From Chara braunii (taxonomy: Eukaryota; Plantae; Charophyceae): a DNA stretch of 64,000 bases. This document shows positions 50,211-62,105 of this stretch, piece by piece. A program made the position numbers and the translations under genes. Numbering within the stretch: position 1 is the first letter of the stretch; the number at the start of each line of letters is the position of its first letter. Below the pieces are notes generated by a model that saw only the letters and a list, made by a program, of their open reading frames with translations, was not told the origin of the DNA and did no database searches. The stretch is from NCBI GenBank assembly GCA_003427395.1, contig BFEA01000018.1, positions 5,434,290 to 5,498,289 on the forward strand, given 5' to 3'.

Positions 50211-51220
50211 AGCTCTCTCGCCCTCCCCCTTCTCTCCCCCGGTGTCCTTACTCCTTTGTGATCGTGTTGATGACCGGGGGGGAGGGCGACAGGGCTGTTT
50301 GAACGGCTCGTTCAACATATTGGATGAGTGTGGGGGAGAGCTAGGGGTGGGATGAGTGTGCGAAGGGGTGGGATAGATATTGGATTGTTACCACATCTGA
50401 TTAGTTGCCACATGGTAATAGGGCAGGTCTAGCCGCGGGCCAACACTGCATGAGTCATTAGGGTCTGCAAACGTGATGTCCGGTTTCTTGTCAGGTGGCG
50501 AGGACAGGAAGTGCCAAGGGAAGCGGCGCTATGGATTTCTTTGTGCGTGACTCGTTTGGGTTCCGCCACGTGGCCTTTAGGTTTTAGCTTTTAGTGAGGC
50601 CTGCTCAGATTGCCCCTTCTACTCATGGCAATGTATGGTTTTTGGGTTGTTGATGAGTATTTCTGGGTAGGGTATCAATTCATGTATGGGTGGGCAGCCA
50701 ATCCCCTCATTGAGGATAATGAATGTTGTTCACTGGTTAATATACATATGTGCCTGCGTCGCCGCTCGGACGAATTTGTGCGTTTAAATTGGGGTGGCCA
50801 CGTGGCATGCCTATATGATTTCGAGTTTGCTAAGCTACCCGGGGGGTCATATCCCGGTGGTAAAAATANNNNNNNNNNNNNNNNNNNNNNNNNNNNNNNN
50901 NNNNNNNNNNNNNNNNNNNNNNNNNNNNNNNNNNNNNNNNNNNNNNNNNNNNNNNNNNNNNNNNNNNNGTCTCTACTGATAGCTTCCCTATTTGGATTGT
51001 CTCCTCCCCTCCTCATGGTGCTGCAAGATTTGACTACACGATGGGGTTTCTGAGTAGGGATATGATCTTACAGAGTGATGGGCAGCCGCTCCCTCAGTTG
51101 AGGGTAATTGACGCTGCTCGTTAGGCTAACGTTGCGTGCCAGCGTGTCTGTGCATAAACTTTTCTCGCCTTCAAGTAGGATGGACACGTGGCACGTTCAT
51201 ATGATTTCAGATTGTTCATA

Positions 51221-51352
51221 GGGACGCTGGACCCATTTTCTAGCAGGTGTTGCTCCCCACCAATAGATGGAGCCTCCCCGAGCTTGCTAGAGGCATCTGC
51301 TCTTATCAGCGCCCCTAGCATTCACTCGGGCTGTTTCTTGTAAAAAAAAAAA
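51221..51352 (+). mobile_element. Isolated LINE 3' tail module with poly(A)
   Basis: GGGACGCTGGACCC...CCACCAATAGATGGAGCC...A11. Confidence 0.8.
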
Positions 51353-52054
51353 CGATCCCTCCAGTGCTAGCGATGCTGATAAGAGCAGACACCGCTTGCA
51401 CCTCGGGATAGGCTCCATCTTTTTGTGGGGAGCATCACCTGCTGGAAAACGGGTCCAGCGTCCCTTTTGAGAATACACATCAGAAAAAACGTAGGAAAAA
51501 CCTGCCAGCATTCATTGCCCCGGAGACCAGGAGATTGACTGAGCAGGGGGAGAGCCTCTTCACCCTGATTTCGGCGTCAGATTACCACTGCTGCGTACTG
51601 ACTCCCTTCTCCCTCGTCTAACCCCAATCTTTTTTTGTAAGCACTTGAGCGGAGCTGCTGGGAACCGGGTTCAGCATCCCTTCAGCATCCCTTCAGCATC
51701 CCTTTCTGAGATGTCCCATCCTTCTAGAGTTGTAGCTCGGGCCCACTCAGGGCCACAGGGGGCATCAGTGAGACCTTTTTGTTCCCCTGCTAGCCCTTCC
51801 TTCCTACAATCCAGTCTGTCGTTGCAGCTCTAACCCGTCGCATTTGTATCCAGCCTTGACTGGGATAACTGTAGTTTCTCCTGTCCATTTGTTTCAGCTT
51901 ACTACTCTAATGATTGTTAAGAACAGGAAGTTAGATATGAAATCCTTGCTGCCAGCATTGACTGCCCCAGTAGCTGGGGGGTTAACTGTGCAGTAGAATA
52001 AACTTGCTCAGTCAGCAGGAAAAGAAGGGCACAGGAGAAAATAAAGAGAAAAGG

Positions 52055-52118
<64 letters not shown>

Positions 52119-54875
52119 TTGACAGGCTCCTCCCTCAAAATTACTGCTGTGATGTGTCAAATCATTATCGCCTCCTCTAGAGCAAGCGGATGCAGTGGGA
52201 ATGGGTCGGGAAAATATGTTGGAGGGCGCAATGGAAAGGAGGGCTCTATGATTGTTATTAAAGACCAGGCGATAGTCCCTGTATTCCGCTAGGTCTACTT
52301 GATGCACCCCTTCTTTGTCCCCCCCCCACTCGACCCTCACTACCCATCCTCCTGTCTCTCCTCCCAGCCAGTCTCTGCAGAAGGAGGAGATTGCCCGTTG
52401 GATGTCTCTGTTGGTGCGAAAAAGGTCCAGCTGGGATTTCAACAGCTACCATTTCCTCATAATTTTCATGTTCAAATGCTGTTGAATCTGAGCAGTCAGC
52501 TCTGGGCCTTCTATCACCACTTGCTCCATTGCCAAAATGCACCTTTGCCACCAGAGCCCCCATAATACTGCTCTCCGACCCAGTCTGAACATGTTTTCTA
52601 CAAAGTCATGTGCCTCTCGGGCCTGTGGCCAGTAGCCTGTGAGGATGGTCCGCCATGATCAGGGCCATGGCGGGTCTGGGGTCATTTTCCTCCATATCCT
52701 GTCCCACCAGCACCATGTTAGTTGTGCGGTTGGGCACTCCATGAAAACATGTTCAATGGTTTCTTCCTTTTTCCTTGAGGGAAAGGCTTGCAGACATCGT
52801 GGACACCAGGGGAGGGCTTTTCCTTTTTGCTCCAGTTTTGCGTGATCAATTAACCAGTTAATAGTCAGTAGGCAGCGATGGGCGATCTGCCACTGCAATG
52901 AAGTGATTTTTGCCGGTTTGGATTTTCCTTCCTGGAACCAGGGGATTGGGTTAAGGGGCGACCGATCGACATTAAGATGCTTTGCCCATCTATCGATTAT
53001 CAAGTCTCTCAAGCATCTCTTAGGTTTGAGCATTCTATAGGTCAATTTGACAGAGAGTTTATGGAGCCTGATCTCCTTAGTCGGGCCTACTCTTCTTCCC
53101 CTTGGTTTCCATGCCCACTCCTCGAGATCAAGGGGTAGGTCTTGTAGCCGCGTGGCTGGTTTGAAAGCCTGAGCCTCCTCTCCCTCCCCCAGAACCCGCA
53201 CCCGGAAAATCTCTGTCGTGTCCATCCATATGAGAGGGGCCTGGCTGCCTTGTAGCGCCTGAGATTGGCAAATTGTGTATCTTTCCACCAGGGCACCATG
53301 GAGTCTCATCAGATGAACTCTCCCCAGGTGTGTCGGGTCTCCTCTAATTCCTACCCAGTCCCCTTCCATCAGTCTGGGTCCTTTCCTTAACTTCGTATAC
53401 CAAGCGAGTGGGATGCTCTCTATGAGTTCGTCCAGGTTCTGTGAGACGTGGTGACAATGTTTCAATGTCTGGTGCAGTTCCTCTGTAGTTTTTCAGTTTT
53501 TGGTCCTTTCATTTCATATGTCCCCTATTCTGGTCACCCCTCGTTTTACCCAGCCTTTCCAAGGCGAGGTTGAGCTATTCATCACTTGTCCCTATCTGTT
53601 TGTTAGCCATCGGTTTCCGAATACAGGTTGCCAGATAATCTCCTCCCACCGGTCGGGGTGTTGTCGTTCTGGTAGGGGGAGGCGCCGCCAGCTGTTTAAC
53701 AGGGAGGGCCAAAATTGATCCATTGTCCCTTCCGTGATCCCTCCTTTGTCGGACCATTTTCTTGGTATTGTCCAGAAACGGTCCTCTATCCAGGTGAGGA
53801 GGTGTACTTTGGGGGGGGGCGGGGGGAGCTAAACGTGCTAGGTGTTCTAAAGCCAGAGGTTGCCAGGGGCTGTCCGTGTCGAAGACTAGTTTCTTGATCT
53901 ATTGGAGGCGCAGGGCTTGAGCTTGCATTGAAGGGTCTATTATCCTTAGCCCTCCTGCTCTTTTGGGTTGGATGACCGAGTCCCAAGCTACCCTGCTAAA
54001 AATATTTTCCAGATCGTCGTCCCCTCGCCAAAAGAAGGCTTCCACCTTGGTCTTTAGAGACCGTACCGCCTCTTTGCTTAGAGTCCAGACTAAGGATTTG
54101 TACCAGACAGAGGCGAATATCACGTTATTTATTGCCAGTGCCCTTCCTAGGAGGGAGGTGGATTTGTTCCCCCAGCTTGCAAGCTTGGCCAAAGTCGGGG
54201 CCCTAATCCATTCGTCGTTATTTGGTGGGCAACCTGTTGCTGTCATTGAGACCCCCATAATTCTAATCGGGGTCTCCAAAGGTTGTCAGGAGATCCGAGG
54301 AGACTCCGAGGCACGCCCGCCTTGGGAGTGGATCCACCATCCTTGTGTTGTATTCCCCTAATTGACCATCATGCCCGACACCTGGGCAAAACGCTCCATC
54401 ACTCTCTGGAATCTGGATTTCTTCCAGATTCCTGATTGTGGCTTCTACCATGATTGTGAGGTCATCTGCAAACAAGGAGCAGATCAGGACCGCCTTTTTA
54501 GGAATGTGAGTTATTTTAATCGGTGAGAGGTCCTTCTTTTTCCGGATATTCGCAGATAGGGCTTCCATGATGATTAGAAACAAAAAGGGGTCTAATGGAT
54601 CCCCTTGTCGCACTGAGCGTTCCAGTTTTATGGGAGGGGCCAGTGAGCCATTTATTTGAACGCTTGTGGTGGCGTTTTGGTGGAGAATTTGTATCCATCG
54701 CCTAAATACCGGCCCAAAATTCACCCTTTGAAGACACCTGTCCAAGAACACCCAGTCTATATGGTCATAGGTTTTTTCAAAGTCTATAAACACCAGTGTA
54801 ACGTTCTGGTTCGAGTGTTTGGTCAGTTGTAATACCTCATGTACTAGAAGCACATTCTCTTTGATACTTCTTACC
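51353..54875 (-). mobile_element. LINE C: 5'-truncated L1/Tx1-clade retrotransposon (RT, C-terminal zinc finger, 3' UTR)
   Basis: Frameshifted ORFs 54263-54853 (DFEKTYDH, VRQGDPL, LFADD), 53899-54279 and 52659-53465 (CPRC..ETIEHVFMEC). Conserved 3' module at 51361-51464. Confidence 0.9.
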
Positions 54876-56566
54876 GAAATCTCTTTTTATTTTCAGAGTT
54901 TAGAATAGAGCTACCTGATACCCTGTTCTTCACAAGGAACAACTATTCTAACAAACAATCCCCCTTGACTATCACTTTTCTGCCCTCCTAAAACACTTCT
55001 CGACTCTCAAGCCCAGAGATACATGATAACACAACCCACCCCAGATCCGAATCTCGTCGTATTTAACGGAAAAGAGGCGCCTTCCTCCCTCGACAACTCT
55101 AAGCCTCAACTTGAAGTCCCCTCATGTCACAGGGTTATACCCCGACAACGGCCAATCGTCGAAGTTGCTGGTTGCCTTCCCCCAGAAGGAAACTTCCCAG
55201 ACTTCATATCCCCGCTCATCAGGTTAAAAGGCAACACCTTGGCACCAGTCAGCATCGTCTCAACAAACTCGTCCAAAACATAATCAGCAACAATCAAAGA
55301 CAGACTCCCTGCTAAAAACCCGAATTTTCCCCCCAGTTCTGCCCCCATCCTTCCCAACAACCTGTCCCTTGTTGGTCAAACACCAGCTCTACTCCAACAC
55401 CCAAATGAAACATAAGAGTATTACAAGAGTTTGAGATTCAACTGAAAAAAGAATAAGAGCTTCAATCCAATTTAGAAAACTTTGGAGCGAAACCTATGCT
55501 ATACCCTTTGTACACACAAAGGTGGCATAAATCCCCAAAACGAAATTGTCATCCTTCTTTCCCTATACCCACTCTAAGTTTCTAACAGACTAAACCATCC
55601 TTAGTTCCAACCCTTTTGTCCTCGTAAATAACTTCTCGAGTCTCAAACCCACTTTGGAGCTAGTGATACAAGGCAACACCACTCGCCCCGGCTCTGACTC
55701 TCGTTGTTATAACGGATAGAGTGTCTTCCTCCCTCGGCAACTCCCTCGACCAAGTCTCAAAGATCACAGGGTTATACCCCGACATCAGCAGGTCGTTGAA
55801 AATTGTTGTTTGTCGTCTAATCACGGCTTCCCAAATCTCAAGCCCTCATTCTGAGTTACAGGGCAACGCCCTAGTACGGATCTGCGTCGTCCCAGCAAAG
55901 TTCTCCACAGACATACTCGACCGAAATTCAGTCTAGTTTAGCTGTTCAAATCTCTCCACCACCCCCTTTCACTCAGTTCCGCTTCTGCCCTAAAACCAAA
56001 GCTTACAATTCTTATCAGAAATTTATTTCCATGATTACGAAACATAAATTCATTCGAATTCTCTAGAAATTAAAGAATCAGACAAACCATCAGTACCGAT
56101 CATGCCAGGGCGAGGAACCCTAAGCAAACCAGAATATCCATAAGAATTGTACCACGTGCACTTCCGTGAAATCGGAAGAAAAACCGTGATTGAAAAATTT
56201 GCCCATCAATCCGGAAGAAAAAATGAGGAACTTGTTTGAGATATCCCGAAGGATTTATGATTACTGAAAAATCTGAAATTTGAAACGCAAGATCCAAAAT
56301 TCACTCAGAAAATCAATCAGAATTTAATCAGAATTAGCCTGAGCAAATCATAATATCCTCAGATCATACAACTCAGAATATCCATCATGAATTAATCTTT
56401 AGGCAAGTGTATTCAACCATACTCCAGATGGGATAGTAGAATCAATAGTTGAGATAATTCAAAAGCTGTGGAATCAAACTAATATTTCAAATCATGTCCA
56501 AAATCACGTATGTCCTTAGTGAGTCCCATATCATCAGTTAAACAAAACCAACATGAGCAAAATAAT

Positions 56567-57101
56567 CTAAGTAGCAAATCCGGATATCCGGCAGACCAAT
56601 TTTATACGGAAGTTTTAATCCGGATGAAATTTGCGGATTAATTCCGGATATGGAAAATCCGGCTCTGCGCAAAATATATTTTTTTTACCGAAAAAAAAAA
56701 ATCCAAAAAAATCTGGGAAAAACTTATGATGTTCATATCAATGCTATGAACAACTTTTGGCTTGAGTCCATCTTTGATTACTCAACAGATATGAAGATAA
56801 AAAATAAAACAGAACAAGAAAACAATATTTAGATAAAAAATTATAGAATGAATTAAGCATCCCCCCTCTAAACCCCTTTATTCCCTATCTTATCCCCTTT
56901 GAACCCCTCCAGGCCCTATTAAGCTTTTCATGAAATAGGAACGTAGTTCTATTGTATTTTGCATGCGCAATATCACTTTTTTTTTACTTTTTTTTTTTGC
57001 TTTTTTTAAGTTTTTTTCGGATTTCCGGATGATCCTACCCTCTGATCATTCGGCCAGATAATCCGACCGGATTATCCGGCCAGATAACCCATGTTACCTA
57101 G
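56567..57101. mobile_element. MITE with 8-bp TSD (hAT-like)
   Basis: TSD AAAATAAT (56559-56566 and 57102-57109); termini CTAAGTAGCA / TGTTACCTAG (8/10 inverted); subterminal ATCCGG/CCGGAT repeats. Confidence 0.8.
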
Positions 57102-57882
57102 AAAATAATGGAGGTAATCACCATTAGAGCTGACAAAACCCCTTCTCCCCCACTTCCTCAACGCTATATGCCTTACCCTCTCAAGCCCTTCCCCTACGTT
57201 TTCGGGGGAAACAGCAAAAAAAAACTCTTCCCACTGCTAGCCACCTAGGCTTTCAATAGCAATACTAGCACCGAAAACTCCTACTCGGCCGTCTTCGACC
57301 CTCACAAGGGCCGAAGAAACAGTGTAACCCCACCTCAAACAAACCCGTTGGCGAGTGGCCACAGGGGGTTCAAGCCTTCAAAACGTACCATGCACTATTT
57401 GAGAAAGGAGGGAGGAGAACCCATCAACCCCTATAACTCTATCACTGGGTATATCCCTCCGTGACTCCCCTAGATATTACTTTAGCCTCAATGATTATCT
57501 ATCAGCTTAGAAATTTGTCTCAACTAGCAGCGCCACCATTCTTCCTAGTTTCGAACATAAGCTCTTTCTCAAGCGACAAAGCAATCAGCAGCCCAAAGAA
57601 GGGCAGCGTGAGACCAACACCCACCTCCTCTGCGTCGTAGAAACATCGTACCCACCTCCTCTGTGTCTCCCTGCCTTGCCTTCATAGACGACTTCATCCA
57701 CGCCATCGCCTCTTCCTGCCCCAAACCTCATCCTGCTTGATATGCCACCGCGAGCTCGAGTTCCCAAAATTCGCGTAGTAGCGCATGCCAGCACGCCTCC
57801 GTTGTGGACCTAGCGGGGCGCTGCGGTCCCGGTAGCGCTGCGCCCGCCACCGCCAAAACGAGAGTGAATCTTCCACTAGAAC

Positions 57883-57967
57883 GTTGATGCGGCTCAGTGG
57901 TTAGAGCACCGGTTGGAAATGCGCATTGTGGTATGAGGTTGCGGGTTCAAAACTCAATAATTGCAAC
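57883..57967 (+). other. tRNA-like Pol III head (degenerate)
   Basis: GGCTCAGTGGTTAGAGC D-arm/A box and GGTTCAAAAC B box. Confidence 0.5.
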
Positions 57968-59968
57968 CTTGCGCATGTTCACCAGCAGGGCATTAGATTG
58001 ACGCATGGCTGGACATACACTCCCTTGGGCTGACGCATGGTACTATTACAGACACTGCCTGCGCACCACCCAAGGGATGTTCATGGTGTTGTATGTTGGT
58101 TCTGGGGCTCACATGGGTTGCTTGGGGGTGTTGGTCTTGGGTGTTCTGTTGATCTCCCCAGTCTAACATATCACACGTTTGTGCCATTTCCGCCAGTCGT
58201 TCACATGGTAGAGTCATTCGATTACACGTTACAAGGTCACGGGTTCGAGCTTGGTTCGGACCTTGGGGGGGTCCTTGTCCAGCTTACCCCGTTCTCTTTT
58301 CGATATACACACATGATGATGCCTATACATCTCGATACATTGATTCACAGAGTACACACAGCTTTCGGGCATACACATAGCTTGCGAATTATACATGGCC
58401 TACGGGCTGCATACACAAGTTTCCACACATGGTGCTGTCTGTACATCTTGACACAAAGATACACGAAGCATACATAGCAATCGGGTACACACATAGACTA
58501 CACAACTATCAGACTGGGGGGGTCTAGTCACTGGTTGGGTCTAGTATCTGCAGTAGGGACAGGTAAGGGCGACCGGAGTTCGTACTGATATCCGATAGAA
58601 CTGTCTAGTGGCTATATATACGGCTTAGACCCTAGGGTAAGGGTAGGGGTATAAGTCGCTCAGGCCAGTCTGAGTTCCGCCTGGCATTGGGTAAGCTAGG
58701 GGAAGGACAGTAAGACTGCTTCAATGGGTGCTACCCTGTCTGATCCTAGGGCCCAGAGTCTCTTGGGGCCTGTAGTAGAGTGTCTGGGCCTGGTGTCTGA
58801 AGTTCCCGTTCGACAAGGCTTGTCCGATTCCGCTTCCACCAGGGCTGGGCAAACTATCAGCNNNNNNNNNNNNNNNNNNNNNNNNNNNNNNNNNNNNNNN
58901 NNNNNNNNNNNNNNNNNNNNNNNNNNNNNNNNNNNNNNNNNNNNNNNNNNNNNNNNNNNNNNNNNNNNNNNNNNNNNNNNNNNNNNNNNNNNNNNNNNNN
59001 NNNNNNNNNNNNNNNNNNNNNNNNNNNNNNNNNNNNNNNNNNNNNNNNNNNNNNNNNNNNNNNNNNNNNNNNNNNNNNNNNNNNNNNNNNNNNNNNNNNN
59101 NNNNNNNNNNNNNNNNNNNNNNNNNNNNNNNNNNNNNNNNNNNNNNNNNNNNNNNNNNNNNNNNNNNNNNNNNNNNNNNNNNNNNNNNNNNNNNNNAAAA
59201 AAAAAAAAAAAAAAAAAAAAAGGGTAACTCTGCTACAGTCACCGTGTTGAATCGTTTTGTTCGATAAAGAAAAGAAAGAATCACAGCCATTTTTTGCTTC
59301 TTACTGGAATAAGATGAGAAGTTCTGGATATTCTGAAGAACTAGTTTATGATCTAAAATTCCCCGTTGATTTGGATATTCAGAAGATGGTCAGGGGAAGC
59401 CTTTGTGATACAGGAGGGGTACGGAGGGACAACATTTCTCAATATCAAATTGTGAAAGAAAGGGGAATCCTCATGATAGAGAGAATTTCTTCCGACTTCT
59501 TTTTTTTTATAGCAGTGCTTCAATCTTTTCATAGGGAGAAGCACATGCTGGGAACCGGGACCAGCGTCCCTTCTAAAAATTAACAGAACAGTTTGAGATA
59601 CTGGGGACACGACCCGGCTTCGGCACCCAGCCTCCTATTACGAGAATATTCGCGAAAAACTACTCAACAATATTGATATTCTTTTTTTTTTTTTTGATTT
59701 TCGATCTGCAGAACGCTCAAGAATAGTCAAGCAAGTAGAAGCCTCCTACAAAGATTGCACCACTATATGACCCCCCGTTTTTTGTTGAAAACTGTTGAGC
59801 AATTGAAGTTGAATCTGCAGTGTGTTCAAAATAAATAGAAGAAACAACGGCGGACGCGGCATGTTTTGAGTTTGCAAAGGCAGAAAAAACAGGCAGTCGG
59901 CAACTTTGTCATGGCCTGAGTTCGAAAAGGCGGTTGTAACTCAGGACGACAGTGGTGTCAGGGTGGCG

Positions 59969-60097
59969 TTTTTTTTTTTTTTTTGAGAAGTTGTCACTTT
60001 ATAACTTTATATTCCAAAAAAAGTGGTTGAGGCCGGGGACCTCACAATTCAACCCGGAGTCACCAAGAACCTTGCTGGAAACCGGGTCCAGCGTCCC
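59969..60097 (-). mobile_element. LINE 3' tail (same subtype as 45461-45603) with poly(A)
   Basis: Poly(T) plus TTGAGGCCGGGG.CCTCACA...GCTG..AACCGGG..CAGCGTCCC, shared with 45530-45603. Confidence 0.7.
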
Positions 60098-61872
60098 AGG
60101 CCCCCTCTACTCTCAACAGAAATAAAACTTCTCAAAAACGAACTTGAAGCTCAATAAAAGGTGGCCAAACTAAGAAAGATATAACTACTCAAATCCTTCA
60201 GCCAGTGAATATCTAAAAACATTTTGAACATTCTACCTGCTCACAGCCCTGGGCTAACTCAAAGATGACCTTTGCTCATTCTGATGAACGTCTGCAGTCC
60301 AAAGGAAGCCTGAACTACCTTGACGGGTTTCCCACCACGCACCCTTGGATCTTCGATAAAATCTACGGTCAGTCGAACCAAGATCACCATGGATACAGTT
60401 CGAGTTTGCTTCCTATCCTAATGATACCAACTGCAAGGAATAGCACTCCCACCACCAAGGGTGGTGGTTTCATTAAGGCGTTTTTTTTTTTTTTTTTTTT
60501 TTTTTTGCGCGCGCGCACTGCAGGAGGGCACGGTGTCCCGACCCTCCGCTGTGTGTTGGCTTGCTCATGTACTCCCGCTGTGTGCCGGGGGCTTGCTCAC
60601 GTACTCCCGCTGTGTACCAAGCCTCCGCTGCGCACCAGAATACCAGTCCACAGGGCCGTGTGGGATGCCAGGCTTTGCCGTTGGGACTTCCTGTTGAATC
60701 ATGTGGGCTTGGCGTTGTCGGCGCGAATACCCTTACAAGGGTATCCGCCCTGGTTTTTGCAAGCGACAGAAAATGGTTTGGTTTAAAGCTTGAGTATACC
60801 GCGCTAGGCGCGGCTACGTCCGTAATTTGCGTTGACTGGTTGGTTGACTAGAGTAAAGAGTGCGTGGGCGCGCAGATTTGAGGCGCGCATGCTTTTGTTT
60901 CTATCGTTGATTATAGGGTCGGCCCCGACGCCAGTCGGTTCATTTTTACTTTATCTCTATTTGTAATTTTTGTTTATTTTTGGTTAGACCAGGATTTAAA
61001 GATATTCGTCTTTGGTCGGTATGTTTGACTGAGTTACGCGCGCATGCGGAGAACGGCCCCGACGACGGCATCGGCAACGATGGCGCGACTTCGTACGGTG
61101 AGCGGGGTGTCGTAGGATGGCACGCGGGGCAATTATGGCACGGTATAAGCAAGCCGGCGCGGGCACTGGGAGCCGCGCAGCTGGGTTGTTGGCCCAAAGC
61201 ACCGCGCCGCACTGCCTTGTACTGCGGGCGCTGGTCTCAGGATTGGGCATAGCCCTATAGGTTTCGACAGCTGACTGTTACTATGGAGGGTTGGGGATCG
61301 AGGCCAGCGGGCGTCGGCGCGGCGGCAGCAGAGTAGCGTGGAGCGAAAGCCTGAGGGGTTGAGGGCCCTGTGGGGCCATTCCCCTCGGTTTTGCTTATGG
61401 GTGCGGCGGCGGGCCCAATCCGCGGGGCTGGCCATGTACCAGCGATCCCGCGGTTCCCCGACGTTACCGTTATTTTATTTTATTTCCCCTTTGTTTATGG
61501 TTCGGGGCCCCTTTGCTATCGCGTCTCGTTTTGGGACGCGCGACTGCGGTAGGAGCGCGTGGGGGTGTGTTGTATTTGCAGGGTCGCCTGAAGTGCAATT
61601 ACGAATGGCTTTCGTGGCTATGCCGGAGCCAGTCACACGCCCGGCGCCGTGTTGATTGGGACGCGGTGCCGGGGGCGTGGCAGGCCGCAAGGGCTTAGCC
61701 CAGTGGGGCACACCCATGAACTGTTGAAGTACACACCCGCGTGGGTGGGGGTCGCTCGTAAAGAAAAGTCCGAGACAGAACCCGGATGGGAACCGGGGCA
61801 GGCGCATGCGAGGGAGGTAGAGGAGAAGGTCGGGCGGCCTTTGGTTGCGCCAAGGGGCATTGCCCCGACAAA

Positions 61873-61960
61873 GTCCTTCGGGACATCCATTAAAATTGGG
61901 ACGATACAGAGAAGATTTTGTGTGGCCCCCGTGCAAGGATGATACACATGAATCGAGAAA
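61873..61960 (+). ncRNA. U6: U6 snRNA-like copy, near full length (probable pseudogene or variant; AGC triad lost, no 3' U-tract)
   Basis: GTCCTTCGGGACATCCATTAAAATTGGGACGATACAGAGAAGATT..TGGCCCCCGTGCAAGGATGATACACATGAATCGAGAAA aligns colinearly with plant U6: 5' UUCG stem-loop, ACAGAGA box, ISL region, 3' AATCGAGAAA. Confidence 0.9.
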
Positions 61961-62024
61961 AAGGGGGGCTGGGGCACTAGCTGTTAAGGCTGGCCGCGTG
62001 TGCCAGAAGTGCCCGTCTGAACCC

Positions 62025-62105
62025 GGCCTCAAAGGGAGGCCAAGTCCGGACGCTACAGAGGAGGCTAGCTTGGCCCCTGCGCAAGAGTGACACGCATAAA
62101 TCGGG
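62025..62105 (+). ncRNA. U6: Second, more degenerate U6-derived copy
   Basis: GGACGCTACAGAGGAGGCTAGCTTGGCCCCTGCGCAAGAGTGACACGCATAAATCG versus U6 GAACGATACAGAGAAGATTAGCATGGCCCCTGCGCAAGGATGACACGCATAAATCG. A different 5' hairpin, GGCCTC-AAAGG-GAGGCC, precedes it. Confidence 0.8.

Noticed and set aside
61115-61140. U4 snRNA partner for the variant U6 (GGGGCAAT)
   Set aside because: Similarity of only 8 nt; no recognisable U4 stems or Sm site.
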